64,000 bases of DNA from Armatimonadota bacterium (GTDB taxonomy: Bacteria; Armatimonadota; HRBIN16): positions 192,001-256,000 of the forward strand of contig OY781964.1 in NCBI GenBank assembly GCA_963677485.1, read 5' to 3'. The position numbers and the translations under genes are program-made. A model generated the notes under the pieces. That model was not told where the DNA came from and did no database searches. It saw only the letters and a program-made list of their open reading frames with translations. Shown piece after piece: positions 1-14,477 of the stretch; position 1 is the first letter of the stretch, and every line of letters starts with the position of its first letter.

Positions 1-313
1 CACTCATCAGCTTCCGAAGCTCCATCAGCTTGCGTATCCATGTAAAGAAGTGAGGGCATTCAATCATATCGGCGAAGGCAGTATATTCCAAGTGAGTGTG
101 GGCGTTGACGAAGCCCGGGAGCAGCATGGCATTGCCCAGCTCCACCACTCTGTCACCAAGGGAGGCCTGTTGCGGACGAACTGCCACGATCATGCCATTG
201 TGGATCACAAGCTCGTAGTTCATTCGCAGGCCCATGTGCGGAGAATACATCCACTCAGACCGAAGAATGAGAACCTCAGAACCTTTTGGTAGCCTGTCTG
301 AACGGAAACGCAT
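1..313 (-). CDS. Amidohydrolase family protein (SAH/aminofutalosine deaminase-like), N-terminal part, runs off the window
   Basis: Manual translation from ATG at 313 gives MRFRSD...LGNAMLLPGFVNAHTHLEY..., containing the PGxxxxHxH metal-binding motif. Not in the ORF track because there is no stop inside the window. Confidence 0.8.
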   Translation of the reverse strand, partial: MRFRSDRLPKGSEVLILRSEWMYSPHMGLRMNYELVIHNGMIVAVRPQQASLGDRVVELGNAMLLPGFVNAHTHLEYTAFADMIECPHFFTWIRKLMELRKLMS

Positions 314-416
314 GTATATGCAGCCTGCCTAATTTCGCGATTGTGCTCGATTCGGGTTATGATGTAAATACATTTTACCGAGATTCTTTCATAACTACCT
401 CACAGGAGAACTGAAT

Positions 417-1052
417 ATGAATTCATGGATTGACCTGACTATACCCGTGCATGACGAAATGTTGATCTTCCCTGGTGATCCAGTTTATCGTTGGCAGCAG
501 GTGTTATTCAAAAGTAAAGGCGATGTCTGCAACCTCAGCCGTATGGAGCTAGGTTGTCACACTGGCACCCACCTCGACTCACCTCGTCACATGATAGCCG
601 ATGGTGCGGTGATAGAAGACTTCGATATCAACCAACTCTGCGGCACTGCATATGTCGCCCAGATTGAGGGCGGAGGCGACATCACCGCCGACTCACTTGA
701 ACATGCCAACATACCCGCAGGGGTTGAACGGCTGCTACTCCGCACAGAGAACACAACGCGCGATCTTTTGAACCCGCCATTCCAGGCCGATTTCTGCGCT
801 TTCGACCTCTCTGCGGCTCAGTGGCTCGTGAGCAAGGGAATTCGCGTCATTGGATTGGATTTCCTGACCATCGAACACAGTCCTGACCAAAGCTTCCCTG
901 TTCACAAATGCATGTTGGGCTCTGGCATGGCGGTGATTGAAGGCGTAGCCACGAAAGACGCACCCCTGGGTATGGTTGAGCTGGTTTGCGCGCCTATGCG
1001 CCTACTCGTCGCCGAAGGGGCCCCATGCCGTGTGCTCGTACGCCCAATCTAA
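417..1052 (+). CDS. Cyclase family protein (kynurenine formamidase-like metal hydrolase)
   Basis: HTGTHLDSPRH motif, GLDFLTIE, C-terminal EGAPCRV; AGGAG RBS. Confidence 0.88.
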   Translation: MNSWIDLTIPVHDEMLIFPGDPVYRWQQVLFKSKGDVCNLSRMELGCHTGTHLDSPRHMIADGAVIEDFDINQLCGTAYVAQIEGGGDITADSLEHANIPAGVERLLLRTENTTRDLLNPPFQADFCAFDLSAAQWLVSKGIRVIGLDFLTIEHSPDQSFPVHKCMLGSGMAVIEGVATKDAPLGMVELVCAPMRLLVAEGAPCRVLVRPI

Positions 1053-1064
1053 CGAGGCACCTTC

Positions 1065-1700
1065 ATGCTCATTACTCCGATTACAGAACTCCACCCACTC
1101 TGGCCGCAGTGGGTGGGTCTCTATCTTGACAGCTTTCCGGTCTACGAACGCATGCGGCTCTCAGCGATCAAGGACGGCCTTGATGAGCCAGACAAAGGTC
1201 GATATGCCTTAGCCTTCACCGACAGCCACGCAGATACGACGTTGTGTGGTTTGGCTTATCTTATCATTCGCACCAATGAGCCAGTCGCCTATCTGGTGTA
1301 TTTTGCGGTAAACACCCAGATGCGTAACCGCGGATTGGGTGTGCAACTCTATGAAGCCATCTGCAGCTATTGCCGTGAGAAGGGGTGCAATAGCCTGTTC
1401 TTTGAAGTGGAGCACCCGGATGACCCGCATATGGACACACAGATGGCCAATCGGCGTATCGGCTGGTATCTGAGGCACGGCGCAGAGCTGATCACCGGCA
1501 TCGACTTATGGCAAAGAGTATCTGACGAGTTGCCCAGCATTCACTACTACATCGTGGCGCATCGGCTGGGCGATGTGGACGATGCAACCCTCACATCAAC
1601 TGCCATGAGCCTGTTTCATGGAGCGGAACAGATATCAGAACTACGCTTGTGCCGCCAATGGCCGCCCGCAGATGAGGACAGATGCCCCCGCTTACAGTAA
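1065..1700 (+). CDS. GNAT family N-acetyltransferase
   Basis: YFAVNTQMRNRGLG acetyl-CoA motif A; FEVE...RRIGWYLRHG. Confidence 0.8.
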   Translation: MLITPITELHPLWPQWVGLYLDSFPVYERMRLSAIKDGLDEPDKGRYALAFTDSHADTTLCGLAYLIIRTNEPVAYLVYFAVNTQMRNRGLGVQLYEAICSYCREKGCNSLFFEVEHPDDPHMDTQMANRRIGWYLRHGAELITGIDLWQRVSDELPSIHYYIVAHRLGDVDDATLTSTAMSLFHGAEQISELRLCRQWPPADEDRCPRLQ

Positions 1701-1736
1701 AATAGAGTGTAGTCACATAATAATTGGGGGTTTCGA

Positions 1737-2942
1737 ATGATCTGGAAACAGTCTATACGTAAGCGCATGCTTATTGGTTTTTTAATTATCGTAGCATGCA
1801 TTGGTATGTGGACCGTCATCAATGGCGTATTAAACCCCGTAGCACTTAAAGATCGTAATGTCAACACAAAGGACTGGATCGCTTTCGTCCACAGTGATGA
1901 TTCAAGTAATGAAGACATCTACATGATGCAGGCCGACGGTACCGGCCTACGCCCGATTGTGGCTGAGCCCCTGCGACAATTCGAACCCGCCTGGTCGCCG
2001 TCTGGCAACCGCATTGTATTCATGGGTGAAACCACGAGCAATGAGACCAATGACAACCGTGTATACCCCCAACTGTTTATCTCCGACCCCACCGGACAGC
2101 CTCGTAAGCCGATGACTTACTCACAGGGGGCAAAGTCCTCCCCCATGTTTGTCCCATCGGGGAAGGATGTCCTCTATGTCAACCAGGGGATGATACTGTC
2201 CGTCAACCTCACTGACGGCCGTTCAGAGCAGATACTACCCCCCATCAGCCTAAAGCAAGTCTGGAGCAATCTGCTGCCGGGCGGAAAAGTTCAGTTCTCA
2301 CAGCCATATCATAACAGTGTGTCGTCAGACATCTATGCGGTTCAGGATATGGACAACTCCCAAGCGCTGGTTATATACACTCCGTCACAAGGCTCAACTG
2401 GCCGCACGACACATGACAGTGGTTCGTCGGATGAGGCAGTGCCTGGGAAATCTTTATCCGGCAACCTGCCAAAACCGCTGATGGGTGGAGAGACATTGCA
2501 TTTGGCTCCCACAGCGGACGGTACACGCTTGGCTTTCAGTGTGCTAAGTGCGGACCACAAACAGGCGGGTATTCTGAAGCGGGAGTTGATGACCGGCGAG
2601 ATGGAACTACTGTGGAAGGGTAATTCCTCATCGATACCCGGAAAACTGGTTTGGAGCAACGATGGCAGCACCCTGGCGATAGAGATATGGCGTGAGGGAA
2701 AAGATGGCGACCTAGTCAGACAAGGCATCGGAATCCTGCAACTCGGTTCTCAGAATCTGCTCATGCCGGTGAAAGGCGAAGCCAGCAGCCCCACCCTCTC
2801 ACCCGATGGAAATCGCCTGGCCTATGTGGTATACCGTAATGGCGGTCGGGATATCTGGTGCTGCAATATCGACGGCACAAACTCCAAAAACCTCACGAAA
2901 GGCAAGGGCGATTGTTATGATCCAAAATGGTCTCCACAATAG
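1737..2942 (+). CDS. TolB-like beta-propeller (PD40 repeat) membrane-anchored protein
   Basis: N-terminal TM helix; repeats EPAWSPSG, SPTLSPDG, DPKWSP. Confidence 0.8.
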   Translation: MIWKQSIRKRMLIGFLIIVACIGMWTVINGVLNPVALKDRNVNTKDWIAFVHSDDSSNEDIYMMQADGTGLRPIVAEPLRQFEPAWSPSGNRIVFMGETTSNETNDNRVYPQLFISDPTGQPRKPMTYSQGAKSSPMFVPSGKDVLYVNQGMILSVNLTDGRSEQILPPISLKQVWSNLLPGGKVQFSQPYHNSVSSDIYAVQDMDNSQALVIYTPSQGSTGRTTHDSGSSDEAVPGKSLSGNLPKPLMGGETLHLAPTADGTRLAFSVLSADHKQAGILKRELMTGEMELLWKGNSSSIPGKLVWSNDGSTLAIEIWREGKDGDLVRQGIGILQLGSQNLLMPVKGEASSPTLSPDGNRLAYVVYRNGGRDIWCCNIDGTNSKNLTKGKGDCYDPKWSPQ

Positions 2943-2998
2943 AATAGTGCTCTGCCAGCGCAAGGTTTTTGCCCAAAAACCGCTCATAGGAGGCACAG

Positions 2999-4243
2999 AT
3001 GCGATCGAAGCGTCGGAAGAGCCTCCTAGTATGGTTCGCTGTACTTGGCCCCGGACTAATTGCAGGTACAGCCGATAACGACCCGAGCGGGATCACCGGC
3101 TATTCAATGGCTGGTGCGCACTACGGCTACAGCATGCTTTGGATGCTGCTGCCCATCATGCTGGCCCTCATCATCAGTCAAGAGATGTGTGCCCGGATGG
3201 CGGCGGTCACAGGCAAAGGTTTAGCCGACCTCATCCGCGAAAACTTCGGCGTCAAAGTCACACTATTAGCCATGAGCACGCTGCTCGTTGCGAATGTGGC
3301 CACGTGCGTCTCTGAGTTCGCGGGAGTTGTAAGTGCATCCCACCTGATGTTCGGCCCCTGGTCACACTATATCGTGGTACCATTGGTCGCGTTAGGTTGC
3401 TGGTGGCTGGTCTCGAAGGGTGATTATCGGAAGATAGAAAAAGTGCTCCTCTACGGAGCCAGCGTCTACCTGCTTTACATCGTCTCCGCGGTGATGGCGA
3501 AGCCGGAGTGGGGCGCGGTGTTCAACAGCTTCCTACCCAAAGCGCCTGTCAAAGGGTATACGCAGGACTATGTGTGGCAAATCATCCAGATCATCGGCAC
3601 TACCATCACGCCTTGGGGACTGTTTTACATCCAAAGCGCCATGCGTGACCGCGGTGCTAAGAAGTCAGACCTGACTGATGTGCGGGTCGATGTCGGTATC
3701 GGCAGCTTCTATACCGTGTTTATCGCGTTCTTTATTGTGGTCGCCTGTGCTGCCACTCTCTACACGCATGGTATACGCATCCAAGATGCGGCCCAGGCGG
3801 CGGAGGGCTTACGTCCGGCAGCAGGTGCGCTAGCCATGGGGATATTCGCCGTGGGGCTGTTCAACGCGGGATGGTATGGGGCGCTGACGGTGCCGTTAAG
3901 CACAGCCTACGCCATCACCGAATCACTGGGGTGGGAAAGCGGCTTGGGCAGACGCGTGAAGGAAAGCCCGCTCTTTCTGGCAGTGTTCGGCTGGCAGATA
4001 CTGTTCGCTGCGGTGGTGAGCATAATCCCTCACATCAACCTGCTATTCTTAATCGTATTGCCTAATATCGTGGGCGGCGTGTTGCTGCCAATTATTTTAA
4101 TTATGATTCTACGACTGGCTAACAACCGAGATCTGATGGGAGAGCACGTCAACAGCAAGGCATTCAATGTCATTGCCTATGCGATGACCGGTGTGCTGCT
4201 TGTGCTGAGCGTGGGCCTCATCGGCCTGACCATCAAGGGCTAG
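2999..4243 (+). CDS. NRAMP family divalent metal transporter (MntH-like)
   Basis: GPGLIAGTADNDPSGITGYSMAGA and GTTITPW motifs; about 11 hydrophobic segments. Confidence 0.9.
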   Translation: MRSKRRKSLLVWFAVLGPGLIAGTADNDPSGITGYSMAGAHYGYSMLWMLLPIMLALIISQEMCARMAAVTGKGLADLIRENFGVKVTLLAMSTLLVANVATCVSEFAGVVSASHLMFGPWSHYIVVPLVALGCWWLVSKGDYRKIEKVLLYGASVYLLYIVSAVMAKPEWGAVFNSFLPKAPVKGYTQDYVWQIIQIIGTTITPWGLFYIQSAMRDRGAKKSDLTDVRVDVGIGSFYTVFIAFFIVVACAATLYTHGIRIQDAAQAAEGLRPAAGALAMGIFAVGLFNAGWYGALTVPLSTAYAITESLGWESGLGRRVKESPLFLAVFGWQILFAAVVSIIPHINLLFLIVLPNIVGGVLLPIILIMILRLANNRDLMGEHVNSKAFNVIAYAMTGVLLVLSVGLIGLTIKG

Positions 4244-4257
4244 AGTAGAATATAGAT

Positions 4258-4620
4258 GTGTCTGCATGATGGGTAGACGGCTGCCGGTTCTTCGGAACGG
4301 GAGGAAAGTCGGGGCTCCACAGAGCGCGATGCCGGATAACGTCCGGGAGGGGAAACCCTATGGAAAGTGCCACAGAAAACAAACCGCCGGTCTCGGTCGG
4401 TAAGGATGAAACGGCGGGGTAAGAGCCCACCGCGGCTGCAGTAATGTAGCTGGCATGGTAAACCCCATCGGGAGCAAGACCCAATAGGGAGGCGCTAAGG
4501 TTGCTCGCCAAGTCTCCGGGTGTGGTCGCTAAAGCTTGATAGCAATATCAAGCGTAGATAGATAGCCGTCACCCTGGCAACAGGGTACAGAACCCCGCTT
4601 ATCGCCCTTCTTGCAGACAC
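4258..4620 (+). ncRNA. rnpB: RNase P RNA, bacterial type A
   Basis: GAGGAAAGTCGGGGCTC, GGAAAGTGCCACAGAAAA, GGTAAACCCC and ACAGAACCCCGCTTAT conserved regions; P1 pairing GTGTCTGCA...TGCAGACAC. Confidence 0.96.
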
Positions 4621-4679
4621 TTGACCTTTGCTGCCAGTCGCCCGACTGGCAGCTTATTTTAGTAACTGTGAGCGCCTAC

Positions 4680-4767
4680 CAAGTCCTACTCGTCCTACGT
4701 ATCTTACATGTCATATGAACCAGCTTTGTCATAGGACGGCTAGGATGAGTAAGACGAGTATGACTTG
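4680..4767. repeat. Imperfect inverted repeat built from 9-bp periodic units (GTCCTACTC-like)
   Basis: Left arm CAAGTCCTACTCGTCCTACGTATCTTACATGTCATATG versus right arm CATAGGACGGCTAGGATGAGTAAGACGAGTATGACTTG. Confidence 0.6.
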
Positions 4768-4817
4768 CTGGCTACCCGCCCCTCCTGCTCTCCTCTGCTC
4801 CTGTCTCCTGCCTCCCT

Positions 4818-4860
4818 AAAAAGCAAACACCCCCCGCAACGGATGCTGCGGGGGGTGTGA
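4818..4860 (-). terminator. Intrinsic terminator of the rRNA operon
   Basis: ACACCCCCCGCA-loop-TGCGGGGGGTGT hairpin just downstream of 5S, followed on the minus strand by TTTGCTTTT. Confidence 0.75.
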
Positions 4861-4868
4861 AAGAAAAC

Positions 4869-4986
4869 CCCTGGCGATGTCCTATCCTCCCGGAGGCTTG
4901 CGCCCCAAGTACTTTCGGCGCTGGAGGGCTTAACGGTCGTGTTCGGTATGGGAACGAGTGTATCCCCTCCGCCGTGATCACCAGGA
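4869..4986 (-). rRNA. rrf: 5S rRNA
   Basis: Minus strand reads TCCTGGTGATCACGGCGGAGGGGATACACTCGTTCCCATACCGAACACGACCGTTAAG...CGCCAGGG. Confidence 0.96.
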
Positions 4987-5079
4987 GAGCCTTGACGCGA
5001 TTAGATCGCATCGGGTAGACATGGCCGCATTTCACACAACTTATCTATAGGCGGTGTGCGCCCTTAAAGTATCGGGCTC

Positions 5080-8014
<2,935 letters not shown>

Positions 8015-8312
8015 GAGCTTCGATACCTTAGAGGCGCAACACACTACATTACTGCAATGTGCCACCATCTATAGAATTCATTACAGAAGTTTCCTTCTGT
8101 GACTGTCTTGTTTGTTTTGTGAAATGTGTAGCTTCAAGTAATTAGCTTTGATTTTTGGATTATTCATCCTAAACCATAGCTTCTTAACTTAAAGATGCCA
8201 TGTCTACCCTATGCGATTTTCAATGTGCGTCTCGCCACTTTCGTGACAACTTTGCCGGATTGCAACCCGGCATTTCTTCTTACCTGCCACCCACCTACCA
8301 AAACCTAAATCT

Positions 8313-8388
8313 TGGTGGAGGATAGCGGGCTCGAACCGCTGACCCCCTGCTTGCAAAGCAGGTGCTCTCCCAACTGAGCTAATCCCCC
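8313..8388 (-). tRNA. tRNA-Ala(TGC)
   Basis: GGGGGATTAGCTCAGTTGGGAGAGCACCTGCTTTGCAAGCAGGGGGTCAGCGGTTCGAGCCCGCTATCCTCCACCA; G3-U70 pair. Confidence 0.97.
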
Positions 8389-8397
8389 AAACTTGGG

Positions 8398-8474
<77 letters not shown>

Positions 8475-8582
8475 ACGCCGCGAGACCGCGGAGACTAGGT
8501 GAAACTTGTTAAACCAAAACTAAAGAATAATAACTCGGACGACCTGAGAGATGCTCACCACTCCGAAGAGTGGGGCGCTTCC

Positions 8583-10133
<1,551 letters not shown>

Positions 10134-10249
10134 AATATCCTTTAACCCCTTACGAGGTCAAGTTCCAACTTTAGTGGATCGATTAGCTTCAAAACCGAAT
10201 TACCATTCTTGTCAGTCTTTCAACTGACGTTTGGTTCGCTGCTTCACCT

Positions 10250-10264
10250 AGTTTTCAAGGTCCC
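10250..10264 (-). promoter_or_regulatory. boxA-like antitermination element in the rrn leader
   Basis: Minus strand GGGACCTTGAAAACT; a similar GCACATTGAAAAAT lies in the spacer upstream of 23S (about 8215-8229). Confidence 0.55.
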
Positions 10265-10307
10265 AACCGGCTCGAGGGGCTTACCCCGTTTCGCTCCGGC
10301 AAAGATA

Positions 10308-10336
10308 ATCATACCATGTAGAAATGCCCGTGTCAA
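10308..10336 (-). promoter_or_regulatory. Sigma70 promoter of the rRNA operon
   Basis: TTGACA-17 bp-TATGAT with extended -10 TG. Confidence 0.85.
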
Positions 10337-10471
10337 GCCCCACTTTATGCGAATTTTGGAAATTGGGCGAAATTGGGGTCAAAAGCCCCCATTCCAAGGG
10401 CAATGATGCACCTGGAATGTGGGCATTTCGTGCTCAAATCGGCTATTTTGAGCCAATATGAACCCAGTTTC

Positions 10472-11395
10472 CTATTTCTGTGAAATTGGCTTCTTGGCGG
10501 TGACAAAAGCACTGATAAAGCTAGACATCAACTGCGTCAGCTCCTCGGAGCTCAACTCTACGATTACCTCCGCAGGGACCAGACCATCGGCGTTCTCCGA
10601 CGTATACCTGCGGGCCACTGTCACCTGAGCGTCGGCAAACCCTGATGCGGCCAACATATCGAGGTAATCTGCCTTGACGATGGCCCCGGAGATGCAGCTG
10701 CACCACATAGAAAGATTCCGCTTGGCGATGTCCGTCAGCGGATTCTCCAGAACTACATCAGCAACCGCGAACCGGCCGCCCGGCTTCAGCACCCTGCATG
10801 CCTCACGAAGCACCTGAGCTTTGTCTGGCGACAGATTGATCACGCAGTTGCTGATGATCACATCGATGGAGTTATCGGGCAGAGGGACGTTCTCGATCTC
10901 CCCCTTCAGGAACTCCACATTAGTGGCCCCCGCCTTGGCCTGATTGCTGCGCGCCAGCTCCAGCATCTCATCGGTCATGTCTAGCCCGTATGCTTTTCCC
11001 GTGGGCCCAACCCGTTTTGCCGACAGCAGCACGTCGATACCGCCTCCGCTGCCCAGGTCCAGCACGACCTCACCCGGCATGAGTACTGCTAGTGCGTGGG
11101 GGTTGGCGCAGCCCAGTGAGGCAAGCAACGCTTCGTCGGGGATACCCTCTGCCTCCAACTCTGTGTAGATGTTGCTGGTGATCGCATCTTTGAGCGATCC
11201 GCCATCACAGCAACTTGCCTTCTGTTTGCCTGAAGCTGCTACTGCTGCCGAGGCGTACCGCTGCTTCACCGCCAGCTTGATGGTGGCACTGCCCGGCTCT
11301 CCAGACCCACAGCACGAGCTGGTACCGCTGCAGCATGAAGCGTTCTTTGCCGAGTTCACTTCGGCTTGAGTCGATTTACGTTCTTCGTCCATCAT
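10472..11395 (-). CDS. arsM: Arsenite methyltransferase
   Basis: ASLGCANP, VLDLGSGGGIDV, DVIISNCVINL, WCSCISGA; Cys-pair-rich N-terminus. Start moved to ATG 11395, which follows an AGGTGG RBS. Confidence 0.9.
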   Translation of the reverse strand: MMDEERKSTQAEVNSAKNASCCSGTSSCCGSGEPGSATIKLAVKQRYASAAVAASGKQKASCCDGGSLKDAITSNIYTELEAEGIPDEALLASLGCANPHALAVLMPGEVVLDLGSGGGIDVLLSAKRVGPTGKAYGLDMTDEMLELARSNQAKAGATNVEFLKGEIENVPLPDNSIDVIISNCVINLSPDKAQVLREACRVLKPGGRFAVADVVLENPLTDIAKRNLSMWCSCISGAIVKADYLDMLAASGFADAQVTVARRYTSENADGLVPAEVIVELSSEELTQLMSSFISAFVTAKKPISQK

Positions 11396-11495
11396 ATCCA
11401 CCTGCCTTAGTTCGTAAGAATTGGCCTTATTACTTGGCATTATAGCAAAATACTATGGTCTGTGCGAGTAATATTGTGCGCGCAACTTCATGCTA

Positions 11496-11533
11496 AAATC
11501 CCTCACTGTGAAGGTTGAACACAGTGAGGGATT
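11496..11533 (-). terminator. Intrinsic terminator
   Basis: AAATCCCTCACTGTG-loop-CACAGTGAGGGATTT downstream of the DUF4091 gene. Confidence 0.75.
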
Positions 11534-11560
11534 TGGGATGGATTTTAGGAGCTAAAAGGC

Positions 11561-13165
11561 TTACATCGAACGCTCAATGATCTTGCACCGAGTCTTGGCA
11601 ATCCATTTTTCACTAAACGGAAACTCCGCGTAGCCCTTTATTTCATCGAACATGGGGTCATCGAGCTGCACACCTGCCGTCTCAAGCAAGGCATAGTCCC
11701 GTAGTGACTCGCCAAACACTTCCCAGCGGATGGAATCGATCGGGCCAGCCTCCCCTGGGTAGACCACAAATGGGTCGCCATATGACCAGCCCGGCCAGTT
11801 GTTGGCGGAAGCATCTACAAAGGGGTCCAGTAGCTTCTGAGAGCCTGCAGCATACCAATAGTTGTAGCCCCAGTGCAAGAAGCCCAGTGCACCCAGCTTG
11901 CGGAACAGCCAGCCATGCATACGTATCTTGGTTAGAGGAGTGTCCATAAACCGGTTGAGATACTTCCCGCGGGGGCCGCAGCAGTAGTAAACCCAGGATG
12001 GGATACCCGCCTTGGCGTACTCATGCGCCACGCCGATGGATGGCACAGGCATATCGGTGATCTTCTGCTTGCCATACTCCACTTCGCTGAGGGCATCCAT
12101 CACTTTCATCCAGGGGGCCAGCTCCAGCAGCATCTGCCTCGCCGCCTTGTAGTTACCCATGTGCTCTTCGCCGTGCGGCTCGTCGGATACATGGAAGAAC
12201 GAGCACTCCGTGATCCCCTTGCGGTCAAGGAACTGCTTGAACACAGGAAAGAGCTGCGACAGGAAGTTGCGATAGGTGTCGGAGGTGGCCGATGTCTCAT
12301 GCGGCCAGAGCAGCGACTCACGGTCGGCATTCGAACGGTAAACCCTCAACGCCCACTTCACGCCCCACTGCCAAAACCAGTGCGTCCACTCAAAATACTG
12401 CGAGCCCTGGCTCAAGCCGATGTCCACCCACTTTTCCACATCGGTGAAGTCGAACTCATACTGTCCCTCCGATGTCTCCGTCACCTTCAGAAGCTGGTGA
12501 GGCCGTTTGATGCCATCGGTGGGCGGTGTGATGATCGGCACATACAGACTGCTGCAGCCGTGCTGCACCAGATCACGCACGTAGGCCTCCAGGATCGGCC
12601 AGAACCGCTTTTCATACGGCTTTAAATGATACCAGTCACAAAGCGCATCGGCGTAGAACCACTGGATCACGGGGAATTTGGTGGGTTTGACCACCAGCGG
12701 CCGTGTATCGACGACCACCGCTAGTTGTGTGCAGACCTTACCCTCTGTGACGAACTGCACCTTCAGATTTCGGACGCCGGGTTCGATCCCCGCCGGTATG
12801 GATACGGTGACCCAAAACGCCTGTGTCTCATGGGAACCCACGAGCAGCTCAGAGCCCGGGTAGAGCGGGTCCGGTACCAAACCGGGTAGATGCTTCAGCC
12901 CTTCGATGTGCCTGCTCGGCACATCCGGCGTGAAATGAGGCAGGGGCACATAACCGACCCTGCGGATCAGCGTGCCAAGGCCATCTGCACCTTGTATCTC
13001 AAGGGATAATTTTAACGGCTGGTCACCGTTATTTCTCACGCAGGCTTGGAATGATATCTGCTCATTTCGTGCGGTGATATAGCTTATCTCGTCGCTCTTT
13101 TGCGCTTTTGAACCCGGATAAACCCGCTTGATCGAACTCTGAAGCCAGTATTTGGCGTTGCTCAT
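11561..13165 (-). CDS. DUF4091-domain protein (GH123-like putative glycoside hydrolase)
   Basis: FHVSDEP, WVYYCCGP, GFLHWGYNYW, GDPFVVYPG, SIRWE motifs; start at MSNAK after GGGGGA. Confidence 0.82.
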   Translation of the reverse strand: MSNAKYWLQSSIKRVYPGSKAQKSDEISYITARNEQISFQACVRNNGDQPLKLSLEIQGADGLGTLIRRVGYVPLPHFTPDVPSRHIEGLKHLPGLVPDPLYPGSELLVGSHETQAFWVTVSIPAGIEPGVRNLKVQFVTEGKVCTQLAVVVDTRPLVVKPTKFPVIQWFYADALCDWYHLKPYEKRFWPILEAYVRDLVQHGCSSLYVPIITPPTDGIKRPHQLLKVTETSEGQYEFDFTDVEKWVDIGLSQGSQYFEWTHWFWQWGVKWALRVYRSNADRESLLWPHETSATSDTYRNFLSQLFPVFKQFLDRKGITECSFFHVSDEPHGEEHMGNYKAARQMLLELAPWMKVMDALSEVEYGKQKITDMPVPSIGVAHEYAKAGIPSWVYYCCGPRGKYLNRFMDTPLTKIRMHGWLFRKLGALGFLHWGYNYWYAAGSQKLLDPFVDASANNWPGWSYGDPFVVYPGEAGPIDSIRWEVFGESLRDYALLETAGVQLDDPMFDEIKGYAEFPFSEKWIAKTRCKIIERSM

Positions 13166-13413
13166 GTCATAATCCCCCAATGGACACGTTGATATATGGA
13201 AACTGCCGTTTTGCAGCAGTTATTGACTAAACCACCACACCATTTCGTCGTTGATGATGATAATCCCTGCTCGCAAACTAGCAAGTCATGTTGACTATTA
13301 CCATCGGCTGTGTCAAACTGATCACATAACGAAAGAACTGTCCGAGGGGGCATCGTCCCTGAGGCACATATGAGACCATACAAAACACCTATTTCCACTG
13401 ACAGGAGAGGCAT

Positions 13414-14274
13414 ATGTTTACCAAAGGAATCTGTTATTGGTCATTCCCCGGCGGGCTTGACGGCTCCAAACCGGTTATTGAGGCGATGGCGGAGGCGAAA
13501 GAAGCCGGATTTGAGTCGATCGAGCTCTGTCTGGCCGACACGGGCGATGTCAGCTTGAAAACTACCGAAGCGCACGCACGCAAGATCGTGAAGGAAGCCG
13601 CCAACTGCGGCATCCAGATCAGCTCGGTGGCAACCGGCCTTCTTTGGGGCAAGTCACTGACCGCCAACAGTCCAGTGGTGCGTCAGGAAGCCATTGATAT
13701 CTGCAAACAGTTGATCGATGTGGCGGCCTGGCTGGATGCCGGTGCTGTTCTGGTGATCCCCGGTGCTGTGGATGTATTTTTCGACCCCAGTGCCGAGGTG
13801 AGCGGCTTTGACACCGTGTGGTCACGCGCCACGGAGGCCATTACAGCCCTACAAGGCCACGCAGAGGCCGCCAAGGTGGCCATCGGGCTGGAGAACGTGT
13901 GGAACAAGTTCCTGACCGGTCCTGCCGAATTCTGCCAGTTCATCGACCAGTTCCACTCCGAGTATGTGGGTGCCTATTTTGATGTGGGTAACTGCATGGC
14001 ATACGGCTACCCTGAGCACTGGATACAGACCCTGGGCAAGCGTATCAAGAGGGTTCACCTGAAGGACTTCCGCCGTGGTGTGGGCACCGGCGAGGGTTTT
14101 GTGGATCTGCTGGCGGGTGATGTTAACTGGCCGGCGGTGCTCAAGGCGTTTGAGGGAGCTGGATATGATGGATATCTGACCGCGGAGATGATGCCAGGAT
14201 ACGGCTACACGCGTTACCCGCAGGTGCTGATTGACAACACCTCCCGCGCCATGGACGCAATCCTGGGGCGATAG
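13414..14274 (+). CDS. Sugar phosphate isomerase/epimerase (xylose isomerase-like TIM barrel)
   Basis: IGLENVWNKFL, YFDVGN, VHLKDF, YLTAEM metal-ligand motifs. Confidence 0.88.
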   Translation: MFTKGICYWSFPGGLDGSKPVIEAMAEAKEAGFESIELCLADTGDVSLKTTEAHARKIVKEAANCGIQISSVATGLLWGKSLTANSPVVRQEAIDICKQLIDVAAWLDAGAVLVIPGAVDVFFDPSAEVSGFDTVWSRATEAITALQGHAEAAKVAIGLENVWNKFLTGPAEFCQFIDQFHSEYVGAYFDVGNCMAYGYPEHWIQTLGKRIKRVHLKDFRRGVGTGEGFVDLLAGDVNWPAVLKAFEGAGYDGYLTAEMMPGYGYTRYPQVLIDNTSRAMDAILGR

Positions 14275-14336
14275 AACTGGGGAATGGCGAGCTCCCGATA
14301 GGTGTTCTCGCCTTCCATCCTCGGTTCTATGAGATT

Positions 14337-14420
14337 TGGGGCAGCCACAGGGGGCTGCCCCTACGGCTCGCTTGTTGCAGCCGTCCGCCAGGCAGGGGCA
14401 CCGCACGCGATGCCCCTACG
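14337..14420. repeat. Two REP-like palindromes ending in GCCCCTAC
   Basis: GGGGCAGCCACAGGGGGCTGCCCCTAC and AGGGGCACCGCACGCGATGCCCCTAC between convergent genes. Confidence 0.6.
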
Positions 14421-14477
14421 TTCACCCTCAGCGTCTTCGCGTGACGCACCTTTCCCTCGCGCCTTTGCACCCCTGCG

